DNA from: an uncultured Candidatus Saccharibacteria bacterium
Lineage (GTDB): Bacteria > Patescibacteriota > Saccharimonadia > Saccharimonadales > Saccharimonadaceae
Direction: 5' to 3'
Assembly: GCA_963549285.1 (NCBI GenBank)
Contig: CAUUYF010000001.1
Span: forward strand, 25,683-89,682
DNA: 64,000 bases
In this document: positions 53,494 through 61,838 of the stretch, piece by piece
Layout: the number at the start of each line of letters is the position of its first letter
Numbering within the stretch: position 1 is the stretch's first letter
Position numbers and translations under genes: made by a program
Notes under the pieces: generated by a model
Seen by the model: only the letters and a program-made list of their open reading frames with translations
The model's database searches: none
Told to the model about the DNA's origin: nothing

Positions 53494-56388
53494 ATGCATC
53501 GATACGAAAAGCCACCGATCAAAAAAGTTGACCCCTCTAATGAGTGGGGCGGGGAAGATGTGTTCAGGCTGCCTGAGCCTGATCAGGCGGGTGAATTGAC
53601 GAACTCACCTCAGCCCGGTGAAGTCGCAAGGGTGGATGAGTCTCTTATTCAGCCTGAAACGACCGGGGCTACACCCTCGCCGGAGGTGGCGGAGGGTGAG
53701 CCGTCTTTGGAGCAGATGTCACAACACTTATTAGATATGATTGTCGATCTTGCTGGTAGTGATGACGAGGAGGCTATAGAGCCACCTCCGCTAGCTGCTG
53801 CTAGATGTTTGGCGGAGTCCGTGCCGATAATTAAGGCGGATGATCCGGCTAAGGACGAAGTGATCAGGGGTGTGTTAAATAACTGTCGGCGCTACGACGA
53901 CTCTATCAAATACCACTTGATTAATGACATTTCGACTCTGTTTAGTGAGCAGGATGTCACTCCGGCCAGTCATGATGGACTGGAGGATCTGACGGTAGAC
54001 TGTCTGAGCCAAGCGGTGCGAGACCACCGGAATCGGTTTGTCGAGCCGGTGGAGTCTATCTCCAGTCCGGCTTACGGCTATTTTATTAACAAGGTACTGG
54101 CTGATACAGAGTCGGCCAACGAAGTGAAGGAGCGTCTTGACCAGGAGGATATCAGTATGGCAGATGTCGCCGGGGCGACCATTCTAGACGACCGTTACAT
54201 CTGCCTGTATAAGCCCGGCGACGATAATCCCGAGCTAAAGCAGCAGGTGCTGGATAACACCAAGAGCCTGGTTGATAGTCTAAAGAGCTTGGGTTACGAC
54301 CCGCTGGAGGACAGGCGGTTTGTCGAGCGATGTTGCGACGAGAAGCTGGGTGAAGCTACTCAAGAGAATCTATACCAAGCCGGAGTGCTCAATGACGATA
54401 ATGTCGCTAGGCTATATGACTATTTGATCAGTAGTGGTAGGGGTATGGTGGCTGTCGTCTCGACCAAGATTTGCCCTGACGCTCCGGCGACTAAATTTTG
54501 GAACACAGTTGATGTAGATGACAGCTCGGGGCACAGACCGGCTAGTGAACGGACGTTGGTACAGTCAATTGAGATGAACCGCTTCAGTGGCTTTCTAAAC
54601 TCGATTAGATCAAGGGGCAAGGACCGTCCTATCAGTGATTATTTTACTGACGGGGCGCCAAACGAGCTCTTTATTGAGACCCTAGATCAGAGCTTGAAGC
54701 TTAAGAAAGAAGAATACAACGGCAGCTTTGTGCATGATTGCATCGGTCGCACCCCGATGACGCCACTGATACTGGACAAACTGGGCGATGTGCAACGGCG
54801 GTCGGTAGAGGCCTATGGTAGCTTGGAGTCGTTTGAAGAGGGTCAGACTTTCTGCGAGGTCATGCAGGAGGGGCGGGAAGAGCATGCTGACCCGGCTAAG
54901 GTAGCGGAAGATATCCGACATCTCGCTCAGCGTTTCCCATTCTTGCGAGGTACTTATACCAAGCTCCTCCGGCTGGAGCACGATGGCAAGGCGGCTATCC
55001 TGGGCGATGACTACATTGGCGATATCGTCTACTACGATAGTCACGTCGACGATATCATCTGTGATAAAATGACGAGCCAACAGAAGATCGAGACGATAAA
55101 ACGCCGCCTGGATACATTACAACGGTATGATTTATTTAATGGCGACAGAGCTCGGACGACCAACTACGCCGTCTTGGTGGGGGAGAAAGAGGGGTCAGGA
55201 GAACTATTTGACGATCTGGCCGATGTGGTTGAGTTGAGCGAAGAGACCAAGCAAAATCTGGTAAAGGTACTGAGAACTGGCAATTTCTGCCATATTCGCT
55301 CGTTGGAAGAGCTGGAGAATTACCGAGCGATCGTTTCGGAGCGGCTTTGTGACGACTTGATCAGTGGCAAGAGAGACGAGGTCGTCAAAGCGGCTCGCTT
55401 CATTATGCGACCAGATAGACCAAGCCGCACGCTGGAAGCTTATGATCTGAAGCACCTTGCCAAAGCCGGCGCATTGACGATTAATGACCGGGCAGTGATG
55501 CTGCTGCGCAAGAAGATAAAAGGTGCTAAGAGCGCCGAGGATGTCCTGCGGGTGATTCAGAACTCTCCCTTGTGTACGCCGGTAGTGGGTGACGACGGAG
55601 TGGCTCGGATCACTAAGATCGAGGGCTCAGAGTCTGATCTAATGGATAAGCTAGTTCGCTTTATCACCGACGATTGGAATCAAGCTTTGTTTGACCCGAG
55701 CGCCGACAATGATGGGGTGGAGCACATCCAAGTAGCCGACGATCAAGGTGAGGGCAAGATTGACGTGGTTAAGCTGAATGGCGCTCCTTTTAATATTCTC
55801 AGTCATACTATCTACATGTTTGGTAATGCGAGTATTTATAACGCCTTGATGAAAGATCCCGGTGTCTGGAATACGGCTCGGGGATCATCAACCATTTCGG
55901 CCAGCTGTGTCAGTAGCGATTATCTCTATTATCTGGAAGACGGGAGCCATAGGAGTGTGACGCTAGGTTTTAACAATATTAGCTATGGCGGTATCATCGG
56001 CATGTGCCCGCAAGATGGCTATCTCAGCGGCAACTTCTTGCCTAATATGTTTAGTCTGCCCCTGACGACTTGTGATGAGTTTATTAAGCGGTGCATTAGC
56101 AAGCGGGAACAATCCGTGGCGGGCGAATTGGATACGATGCACTATAACGAGGTGGGACTATTCCGTAACTCCGGTGATCTAAACGTCCGACATGGCCGCC
56201 TGCAACCGTCCTATATCGTGGCACACGGTGCTGATGTGGCGGTGATTAACGACAACAGCAAGAAATTTGCTCGGTATTTTGGCATACCGATAGTGTTGAT
56301 TGATGATAAGGCGTACTATAGAAAAAATAATTTTGCTTATTATAATAAGAATAGGCTAAAGGAGGCAAAGCATGAAAAGCAGCAATAG
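53494..56388 (+). CDS. giant protein (about 964 aa), partly paralogous to the 48231 gene; C-terminal domain of unknown function (weak ADP-ribosyltransferase-like pattern)
   Basis: Acidic disordered N-terminus. Block LKSLGYDPLEDRRF...LYQAGVLNDDNVARLYDY parallels LRKLGWEPLKKDES...AYKLGLITPEVTDRLYDR in the other giant. The C-terminus has SHTI..., GSSTISASCVSSDY, HYNEVGLF. Confidence 0.55.
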   Translation: MHRYEKPPIKKVDPSNEWGGEDVFRLPEPDQAGELTNSPQPGEVARVDESLIQPETTGATPSPEVAEGEPSLEQMSQHLLDMIVDLAGSDDEEAIEPPPLAAARCLAESVPIIKADDPAKDEVIRGVLNNCRRYDDSIKYHLINDISTLFSEQDVTPASHDGLEDLTVDCLSQAVRDHRNRFVEPVESISSPAYGYFINKVLADTESANEVKERLDQEDISMADVAGATILDDRYICLYKPGDDNPELKQQVLDNTKSLVDSLKSLGYDPLEDRRFVERCCDEKLGEATQENLYQAGVLNDDNVARLYDYLISSGRGMVAVVSTKICPDAPATKFWNTVDVDDSSGHRPASERTLVQSIEMNRFSGFLNSIRSRGKDRPISDYFTDGAPNELFIETLDQSLKLKKEEYNGSFVHDCIGRTPMTPLILDKLGDVQRRSVEAYGSLESFEEGQTFCEVMQEGREEHADPAKVAEDIRHLAQRFPFLRGTYTKLLRLEHDGKAAILGDDYIGDIVYYDSHVDDIICDKMTSQQKIETIKRRLDTLQRYDLFNGDRARTTNYAVLVGEKEGSGELFDDLADVVELSEETKQNLVKVLRTGNFCHIRSLEELENYRAIVSERLCDDLISGKRDEVVKAARFIMRPDRPSRTLEAYDLKHLAKAGALTINDRAVMLLRKKIKGAKSAEDVLRVIQNSPLCTPVVGDDGVARITKIEGSESDLMDKLVRFITDDWNQALFDPSADNDGVEHIQVADDQGEGKIDVVKLNGAPFNILSHTIYMFGNASIYNALMKDPGVWNTARGSSTISASCVSSDYLYYLEDGSHRSVTLGFNNISYGGIIGMCPQDGYLSGNFLPNMFSLPLTTCDEFIKRCISKREQSVAGELDTMHYNEVGLFRNSGDLNVRHGRLQPSYIVAHGADVAVINDNSKKFARYFGIPIVLIDDKAYYRKNNFAYYNKNRLKEAKHEKQQ

Positions 56389-56653
56389 CGAACCGCAACT
56401 AGATTCGGGGCAAGATAACGAGCGACGCCCTGAGGGTCGTGGTCCGGTCTTCATCGGCTATAACGAGGAGTTTGATAGCAAGCTCAGGGAGAGCGCCAAG
56501 CGAGACTTGATCGAGAGTAGCTTACTGCAAGACACTCTGATGAAGATCTACCGAGGTGAGTTTGATAAGCTTCGTCCGAAGGATCAGCCCCGGCGAGAAA
56601 CTGACCGAGAAGAGTCTGACGCCCAAGCCAAGAGCAATCCTGATGACAAGTAG
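56372..56653 (+). CDS. small charged hypothetical protein (93 aa), overlaps the end of the giant gene
   Basis: AAGGAGG RBS 6 nt before the ATG and a 17-nt overlap with the upstream gene. No motif recognised. Confidence 0.5.
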   Translation: MKSSNSEPQLDSGQDNERRPEGRGPVFIGYNEEFDSKLRESAKRDLIESSLLQDTLMKIYRGEFDKLRPKDQPRRETDREESDAQAKSNPDDK

Positions 56654-56731
56654 TAAATCAGTTTAGCCGTCATGACAGCTAGAAGTCGGGTTGCTGAATG
56701 GTTTAGCCGTGACCGATTGGCAGGGTGGTCG

Positions 56732-56740
56732 TGCTATAAT
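56732..56740 (+). promoter_or_regulatory. extended -10 (TGCTATAAT) for rnpB
   Basis: Located 6-7 nt upstream of the predicted P1 5' strand. Confidence 0.55.
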
Positions 56741-56746
56741 ATCTGT

Positions 56747-57150
56747 GCCAGTTTGCCGGATGGTCGCTGGTGAGGCGATGGCCTCACGAGAGGAAAGTCC
56801 GGGCAGTGTAGAGCAACGACAGTCGCTAACGGCGACCGGGGGTAACCCTAGGGAAAGTGCCACAGAAACGATACCGCCCAGCACCTTTACTAGCTTTGTG
56901 TCGGATGTCGGCCGAGTCGACGGTAACTCGCAGAGCTAGTAAAGGTGCCGGGTAAGGGTGAAAGGAGTGAGGTAAGAGCTCACAGTCGGATGCGGTGACG
57001 CATCAGAGAGGTAAACCCTGTTGACTGCAAGGAGATCGGGTCACTGGTGGCTCGCCAGCCGATCGTTTTAACCCGCTAGACGTGATTAGCAATAGTCATG
57101 GTAGATAGATGACCATCTAAACAGGACCCGGCTTATAGGCAGACTGGTAG
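56747..57150 (+). ncRNA. rnpB: RNase P RNA (bacterial type A-like)
   Basis: Conserved GAGAGGAAAGTCCGGGC (P4 5' strand), AGGGTGAAA region and ACAGGACCCGGCTTATAGG (P4 3' strand). P1 pairs GCCAGTTTGCC with GGCAGACTGGT. Confidence 0.88.
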
Positions 57151-57157
57151 ACTTAAT

Positions 57158-57190
57158 AAAACACCCCTCTAAGTAAGAGGGTGTTTTAGA
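57158..57190. terminator. bidirectional terminator between rnpB and rplT
   Basis: AAAACACCCCTCT-aagtaag-AGGGTGTTTT. Confidence 0.75.
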
Positions 57191-57216
57191 TTTGATTTAG
57201 CGACACTCCGGCGAAG

Positions 57217-57564
57217 CTATTTTTGGGTAGCTTTGACGATAGCTGTGAAAGCCTCGGGCTCACGCACTGCTAAGTTAGCCAAGGTCTTGCGGTCAAGCTG
57301 GATGTTCTTAGCTTTGAGACCGGCTATCAGCTGAGCGTAGGTAGTACCATTCTGCCTAGCGGCGGCGTTGATACGGGTAATCCATAGGCTACGTAGATCA
57401 CGCTTGCGGTTGCGCCGGTCACGAAAGGCGTACTGTAACGCTTTGATGATCCGGGCGTTCGCTAGACGGAAGCTACGCCCGGCGCTGTTATGCTTCATGC
57501 CTTTGGCTTGCTTTAGTACCTTGTGGTGGCGAGCTCTGGCGGTGACACCTCGTTTAACTCTCAT
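57217..57564 (-). CDS. rplT: 50S ribosomal protein L20
   Basis: [22 protein letters not shown]... is canonical L20. Confidence 0.93.
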   Translation of the reverse strand: MRVKRGVTARARHHKVLKQAKGMKHNSAGRSFRLANARIIKALQYAFRDRRNRKRDLRSLWITRINAAARQNGTTYAQLIAGLKAKNIQLDRKTLANLAVREPEAFTAIVKATQK

Positions 57565-57596
57565 TCTTACTCCTTCTCCATGTAGATTAAATAATT

Positions 57597-57791
57597 TTAG
57601 ACACCTAGAGCCCGGCGAATAGTCTGCTTAGCCGAACCATTGATCTTAGTGTCGGCTTTCTTGGCTCGCTTGCTTCGGGCAGTCTGATGGGCTAGCTTGT
57701 GGTGGGTGGCGGCATTGCGCCGTAATAGCTTGCCGGACTTAGTCAGGCGGATGCGCTTGCTAGTGCCCTTGTGCGTCTTTAGCTTTGGCAT
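57597..57791 (-). CDS. rpmI: 50S ribosomal protein L35
   Basis: [21 protein letters not shown] is canonical L35. Overlaps the infC end by 32 nt. Confidence 0.9.
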   Translation of the reverse strand: MPKLKTHKGTSKRIRLTKSGKLLRRNAATHHKLAHQTARSKRAKKADTKINGSAKQTIRRALGV

Positions 57792-58302
57792 GAGGGTTAC
57801 TCCTTATGATGATATTCAGGTTGCGACCTGCCATCACCGGCTTATTATCGGCGACGGCGACATCTGATAGCTGATCGAGTATTTTACTGAGTAAATCTCG
57901 ACCCACCTCAGGGTGCGCCATCTCTCGACCGCGAAAAATCAGCTGAATCTTGACTTTATCGCCGTCTAATAAGAACTTACGGACTTTGCGTAGCTTGATG
58001 TTGAGGTCGTTCTGGCTAATCTTGAGACCCAACCGCATCTGTTTGATCTCACTACTATGCGCATTCTTGCGATTACGCTGCTGCTCTTTCATCTTTTGAT
58101 ACTGGTACTTACCCCAGTCAACGATTTTAGCAACAGGTGGTGCTGCATTGGGTGATATCTCTACTAGGTCAAGACCGACTTCACGGGCTTTATCGAGGGC
58201 TCTCGCAGTAGGCATGACACCTAATTGATCGCCGCTTGCACCGATAACACGTAGCTCACGAGCACGGATCTGACCATTTATCCGAATTGAATGATTGGCT
58301 AT
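57760..58302 (-). CDS. infC: translation initiation factor IF-3, with non-AUG (ATA, or nearby ATC) start
   Basis: The track ORF starts mid-protein. The frame stays open upstream, giving IANHSIRINGQIRARELRVIGASGDQLGVM..., the IF-3 N-domain. AAAGGA SD lies 5 nt before ATA at 58302-58300. Confidence 0.82.
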   Translation of the reverse strand: MANHSIRINGQIRARELRVIGASGDQLGVMPTARALDKAREVGLDLVEISPNAAPPVAKIVDWGKYQYQKMKEQQRNRKNAHSSEIKQMRLGLKISQNDLNIKLRKVRKFLLDGDKVKIQLIFRGREMAHPEVGRDLLSKILDQLSDVAVADNKPVMAGRNLNIIIRSNPHAKAKDAQGH

Positions 58303-58332
58303 ATAGATCCTTTTACCTGATATTAGTTTATA

Positions 58333-58407
58333 TGGCTCCGGAGGCCGGATTCGAACCGGCGACCCATTGATTAACAGTCAACTGCGCTACCGCTGCGCCA
58401 CTCCGGA
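58333..58407 (-). tRNA. tRNA-Asn (anticodon GTT), CCA encoded
   Basis: Reverse complement TCCGGAGTGGCGCAGCGGTAGCGCAGTTGACTGTTAATCAAT..., anticodon loop CTGTTAA. Confidence 0.9.
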
Positions 58408-58511
58408 ATAGTTGCCTAACCACGGTGACTGTCGTCGGGACTTTATCCACTGTAGACTCAATCATCGTGTGTTCGCTCATGATTATAACTAAGTTACCTC
58501 TGAGCAGTCAA

Positions 58512-58610
58512 CCCCAGCCCAGCACGATGCATAAAGTCATGCTACTAAGGCTAGAGAGCGCATAATCACGCTTTGTCATAATCGGCTGGTTTCATTCAGC
58601 ATCAGCTGGA
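58512..58610 (+). mobile_element. S element copy 3
   Basis: CCCAGCACGATGC ... CATAATCACGCTTT ... GCATCAGCTGGA. Aligns with 11661-11758 and the reverse complement of 18044-18150. Intergenic between tRNA-Asn and comM. Confidence 0.7.
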
Positions 58611-58630
58611 TAAACCCAAGCAGGATATGA

Positions 58631-60133
58631 TTAACGTATTAGCCGGTGCTGGCGGAACTGCAATGCTTCGGCGACGTGTTGATCGGTGACTGTATCTGAT
58701 CTGTCAAGATCGGCGATGGTGGTAGCGACTCGCATGGTCTTGAAATAGCCACGGGCGGACAGCCCCAGCTTATCCATGGCGTCATCCAGTAGCTTCTTGG
58801 CGGCGGGTGAGAAGTGGATTAGCTGCTGGAGCTGCTTATTGGATAGGCCGGCGTTAGGGCAGCGCTGCCGTACTTCGCTGCGATGTCTGGCGTCGACGAT
58901 AGCCTGGCGCCACTCAGTGGCCACCGGGTGATCGGTCGGCGTCGTGCTGGTCAAATCCTGCCTAGGCACCCGGGCGACTTGAACAAATAAATCGATCCGA
59001 TCAAGCAACGGGCCGGATAATTTCTTTTGGTATTCCTGGATCATTTTCTGACTACAGCTACATTCATGGCTAGGGTCACCGTAGTAACCGCAAGGGCAAG
59101 GGTTCATAGTAGCTAACAGCATGAAGTTGGCGGGGTAGGTCGATTTAGCGCCGGCTCGACTGATATTGATCCGGTGATCCTCCAGCGGCTGACGCAACGC
59201 CTCAAGAGTGCGTTTAGAGAACTCCGGCGTTTCGTCTAGGAAGAGCACACCATTATGGGCTAGCGATATCTCGCCGGGGGCGATGTTGGTGCCGCCGCCA
59301 ACCATGGCTACATGCGAGGCGGTGTGGTGAGGCGACCGGAACGGTCGTGCGGTAATGACCTCATCGCTCTCCCCGGCTAGTGAATAGAGCTTAGTCGTCT
59401 CGAGAATCTCCTGGTCATTTAAGGGTGGCAAGAGGCCGGGTAATGCTTTGGCTAGCATGGTTTTGCCCGAGCCCGGTGGCCCGACGAAGAGAACGTTGTG
59501 GTGTCCGGCAGCAGCGACTTCAAGTGCTCTTTTGGCCAGCGCCTGACCGTGAATGTCGTCAATAGATGGTAAGTTTGTATAACTATTATTTACAACGTTG
59601 CTATGGGCTGGAGAAATAATGTGTTCGCCGATCAGATGCTCAAATACGCTGTTAAGAGTTGTTGCTCCTACTACACTAATACCTTTGACTAGGGCTGCTT
59701 GCTGAGCATTATTGAGCGGTACGATGATACAGGAGTGCTTAGTTGCTTTAGCGCATTCGGCTAGGCTTAGCGCACCTCTGACGTTGCGTAGTTCACCATT
59801 CAGCCCCAACTCGCCGGCAAATAAGATGTCCTTAGCAACCTTAGCCGGTAGCTGCTTGCTGGCGATTAAGATAGACAGGGCGATCGCCAGGTCGAGGTGA
59901 GAGCCGTCTTTAGCGATATTGGCAGGTGCCAGGTTGATGGTGATGCGTTTAGCGGGGAAGCTGAAGCCGGAATTAACGATAGCTGAGCGAACTCGCTCTC
60001 TCGACTCGGCAATCGACTTATTGGCTAGTCCTACGATATTAAATGCGGGTAGTCCCTTGGTGATATCACACTCCGAGACGACCGGTACGCCATCGTAACC
60101 CTTGGCGACTGCGGTTTCTACTCGTGCGATCAT
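58631..60133 (-). CDS. comM: Mg-chelatase-like AAA+ ATPase YifB/ComM
   Basis: Lon-like N-domain, Walker A VGPPGSGKTM, GVLFLDE, zinc-like CPCGYYGDPSHECSC, C-terminal Mg_chelatase_C. Confidence 0.9.
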   Translation of the reverse strand: MIARVETAVAKGYDGVPVVSECDITKGLPAFNIVGLANKSIAESRERVRSAIVNSGFSFPAKRITINLAPANIAKDGSHLDLAIALSILIASKQLPAKVAKDILFAGELGLNGELRNVRGALSLAECAKATKHSCIIVPLNNAQQAALVKGISVVGATTLNSVFEHLIGEHIISPAHSNVVNNSYTNLPSIDDIHGQALAKRALEVAAAGHHNVLFVGPPGSGKTMLAKALPGLLPPLNDQEILETTKLYSLAGESDEVITARPFRSPHHTASHVAMVGGGTNIAPGEISLAHNGVLFLDETPEFSKRTLEALRQPLEDHRINISRAGAKSTYPANFMLLATMNPCPCGYYGDPSHECSCSQKMIQEYQKKLSGPLLDRIDLFVQVARVPRQDLTSTTPTDHPVATEWRQAIVDARHRSEVRQRCPNAGLSNKQLQQLIHFSPAAKKLLDDAMDKLGLSARGYFKTMRVATTIADLDRSDTVTDQHVAEALQFRQHRLIR

Positions 60134-60192
60134 GATAGACCATATTATAACGCCAGCTTAAAATGTCTGTACAGGCATACCTCTGTAGGGTG

Positions 60193-60221
60193 TTGATTTA
60201 TTAACATGAGTTTGCTATAGT
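60193..60221 (+). promoter_or_regulatory. promoter TTGATT-17-TATAGT for tmRNA
   Basis: Correct spacing, about 11 nt upstream of the mature 5' GGGG. Confidence 0.55.
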
Positions 60222-60232
60222 AGATGACGTCT

Positions 60233-60650
60233 GGGGCTGATATATACCTTGACGGATGGACTTTAACAGTTTGATCGGCGAGCAGTTGACAACTTTACAG
60301 TCGTAATAAATGCAAAGAATCGTTTGCAAGCCTTTGTCGCCAGTCTAAAGAGTGCTTTCGCTCCCAAGGCTGTCGCCATGGCCGTTGCTGCCTGAGCTTG
60401 TTAGCTTAGAATTATTGGCAGCCCGCCAAGTGACCGACGCACGATAGGTCACTTGTGCGTCAGATTATGGTGCTAGGTTATCTCCGGATTCTCTTGCCCC
60501 GGGGTTAGCCGAAGCGAAAGCAGGGGCGTCTATCCGTTATCTGAGTAGAACTCTTGAGACGGATTGATGTAGCCACGAGTTCTACTAGGCTTCGTAGATG
60601 ATCGGATTGTTACCATGCGGACGCGGGGGTAGTTCCCGCCAGCTCCACCA
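60233..60650 (+). ncRNA. ssrA: tmRNA
   Basis: The 5' GGGGCTG pairs with the 3' CAGCTCCACCA (G3:U70). T-arm GCGGGGGTAGTTCCCGC. Internal frame GCA AAG ... GCC GTT GCT GCC TGA (60312-60395) ends in AVAA. Confidence 0.85.
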
Positions 60651-60709
60651 GATGTGATTTTGGCAATGAACTAATATATGTGCGTGGTAAAAAATACTAG
60701 CCGGGGTCG

Positions 60710-60738
60710 TTGACATGGCTGAATTGGTGCGATACTAT
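60710..60738 (+). promoter_or_regulatory. consensus-like promoter TTGACA-17-TACTAT
   Basis: Good hexamers and spacing in a gene-free region. Confidence 0.55.
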
Positions 60739-60744
60739 AGTGGT

Positions 60745-60862
60745 GGTTGATGAGTAAAAAATGTATTCATGAACCGCGCACATACAAAAACAAAAATTAT
60801 CAACAATAACACAAATCAAATCTCCATAAACGACCCGAATTCTCGCAGCGGGTCGTTTTTTG
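60745..60862 (+). ncRNA. candidate small RNA (about 118 nt) or leaderless 19-codon micro-ORF transcript
   Basis: Promoter at 60710. CA-rich unstructured body. Terminator CGACCCG-aattctcgcag-CGGGTCG followed by TTTTTT. ATG 60750 opens MSKKCIHEPRTYKNKNYQQ*. Confidence 0.4.
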
Positions 60863-61237
60863 TGTGACCCGGTTTGTGGCTAGACGTTCAAGCTTGACTG
60901 CCTAGGCACGACGACATGGTGGTGATCTTGGCGTAGGGTGTTGGTTCGGATAGTGAGGGTTCATGGCAAGGCGCAGAACTCCGGGGTGACGTAAAGACGG
61001 TGTGATATTTCTCAGGATGGCTGTGCTTAGGACGTCGGCATGGTCGGCGGTCGGTACATAGTGCATAGTTTGGGCTGATACTGTTTACTATGGCTAAGAC
61101 ATCAATAAGTCTCATCACCGGACCGGAAAGCTACTCATACAATATTTACAACGTTAATTTTGGGCATTATCAAGGATATTTGGGCTTTATAACAGTGGTG
61201 ATGATAAAAAATACAACGTATAGCGGAAGCTTAAGCG

Positions 61238-61266
61238 TTGACAGCCGGCTAGTTGTTTGGTATAGT
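61238..61266 (+). promoter_or_regulatory. consensus-like promoter TTGACA-17-TATAGT
   Basis: Precedes about 560 nt without a credible ORF. Confidence 0.55.
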
Positions 61267-61272
61267 CAACCT

Positions 61273-61720
61273 AAGCTTGTAAGACAAAAAGAACTAATCA
61301 AAAGTCCGAAAAAGCTCGCTCTTTAATCTAAAATAAAAACTGACAAATATAAATTGTCTGTGTGCCGGGGCGGATCAAGCCTCGCCGAAAGTCATCAGCT
61401 GGTGAGGAGCTTGAGACGCATAGCACGCAGACTAGATCGTGTCACCGGCTGAAGTGAGGAACGCAACCACATAAGACGTTCGTCCACAGTTGAGAGTTCG
61501 TGACAGGCATGGTAGCTGTAGTGCCACAGAGTCGTGGTGCTAGTGCTACCACTCTGTCACGAAAGCGTTGAGCGTAAGATAAAATCCAATCAGAGGGATT
61601 TTGATCCAGCTCCGCTACACATATGCTCCCGAAAGGGAGCGGTCAGTCGAGGCTTGTCCAGCTTCTGATGTGACCGTGACCCGCGCCCCATTTTGTTTTT
61701 AGTGGGCGGATGGGATGTCG
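61273..61720 (+). ncRNA. candidate large structured non-coding RNA (class unknown)
   Basis: Three GAAA-capped helices (CGCC-GAAA, GCTCCC-GAAA-GGGAGC, CACG-AAAG), a 10-bp helix TTCGTGACAG/CTGTCACGAA enclosing GGTAGC/GCTACC, and long-range complements CAAGCCTCG/CGAGGCTTG and GGGGCGG/CCGCGCCCC. Confidence 0.35.
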
Positions 61721-61838
61721 CACTTTAGACTTCGCAACTACGGAGGAAGCTGGGCAGCCTCTCTTACAACATTGCCGGAGCTGAACTATTTTTACCGGTA
61801 TTTTTGATTTTGCATTAGCGGTATTATAAACTTAAGCT

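Noticed and set aside
60888-61326. ORFs 60888-61118 (minus, 76 aa) and 61090-61326 (plus, 78 aa) in the gene-free island.
   Set aside because: There is no RBS or suitably placed promoter. The composition is odd (Cys/Pro/Ser-rich or Tyr/Asn-rich), and they overlap each other and a consensus promoter. They are treated as non-coding, though a small protein cannot be fully excluded.
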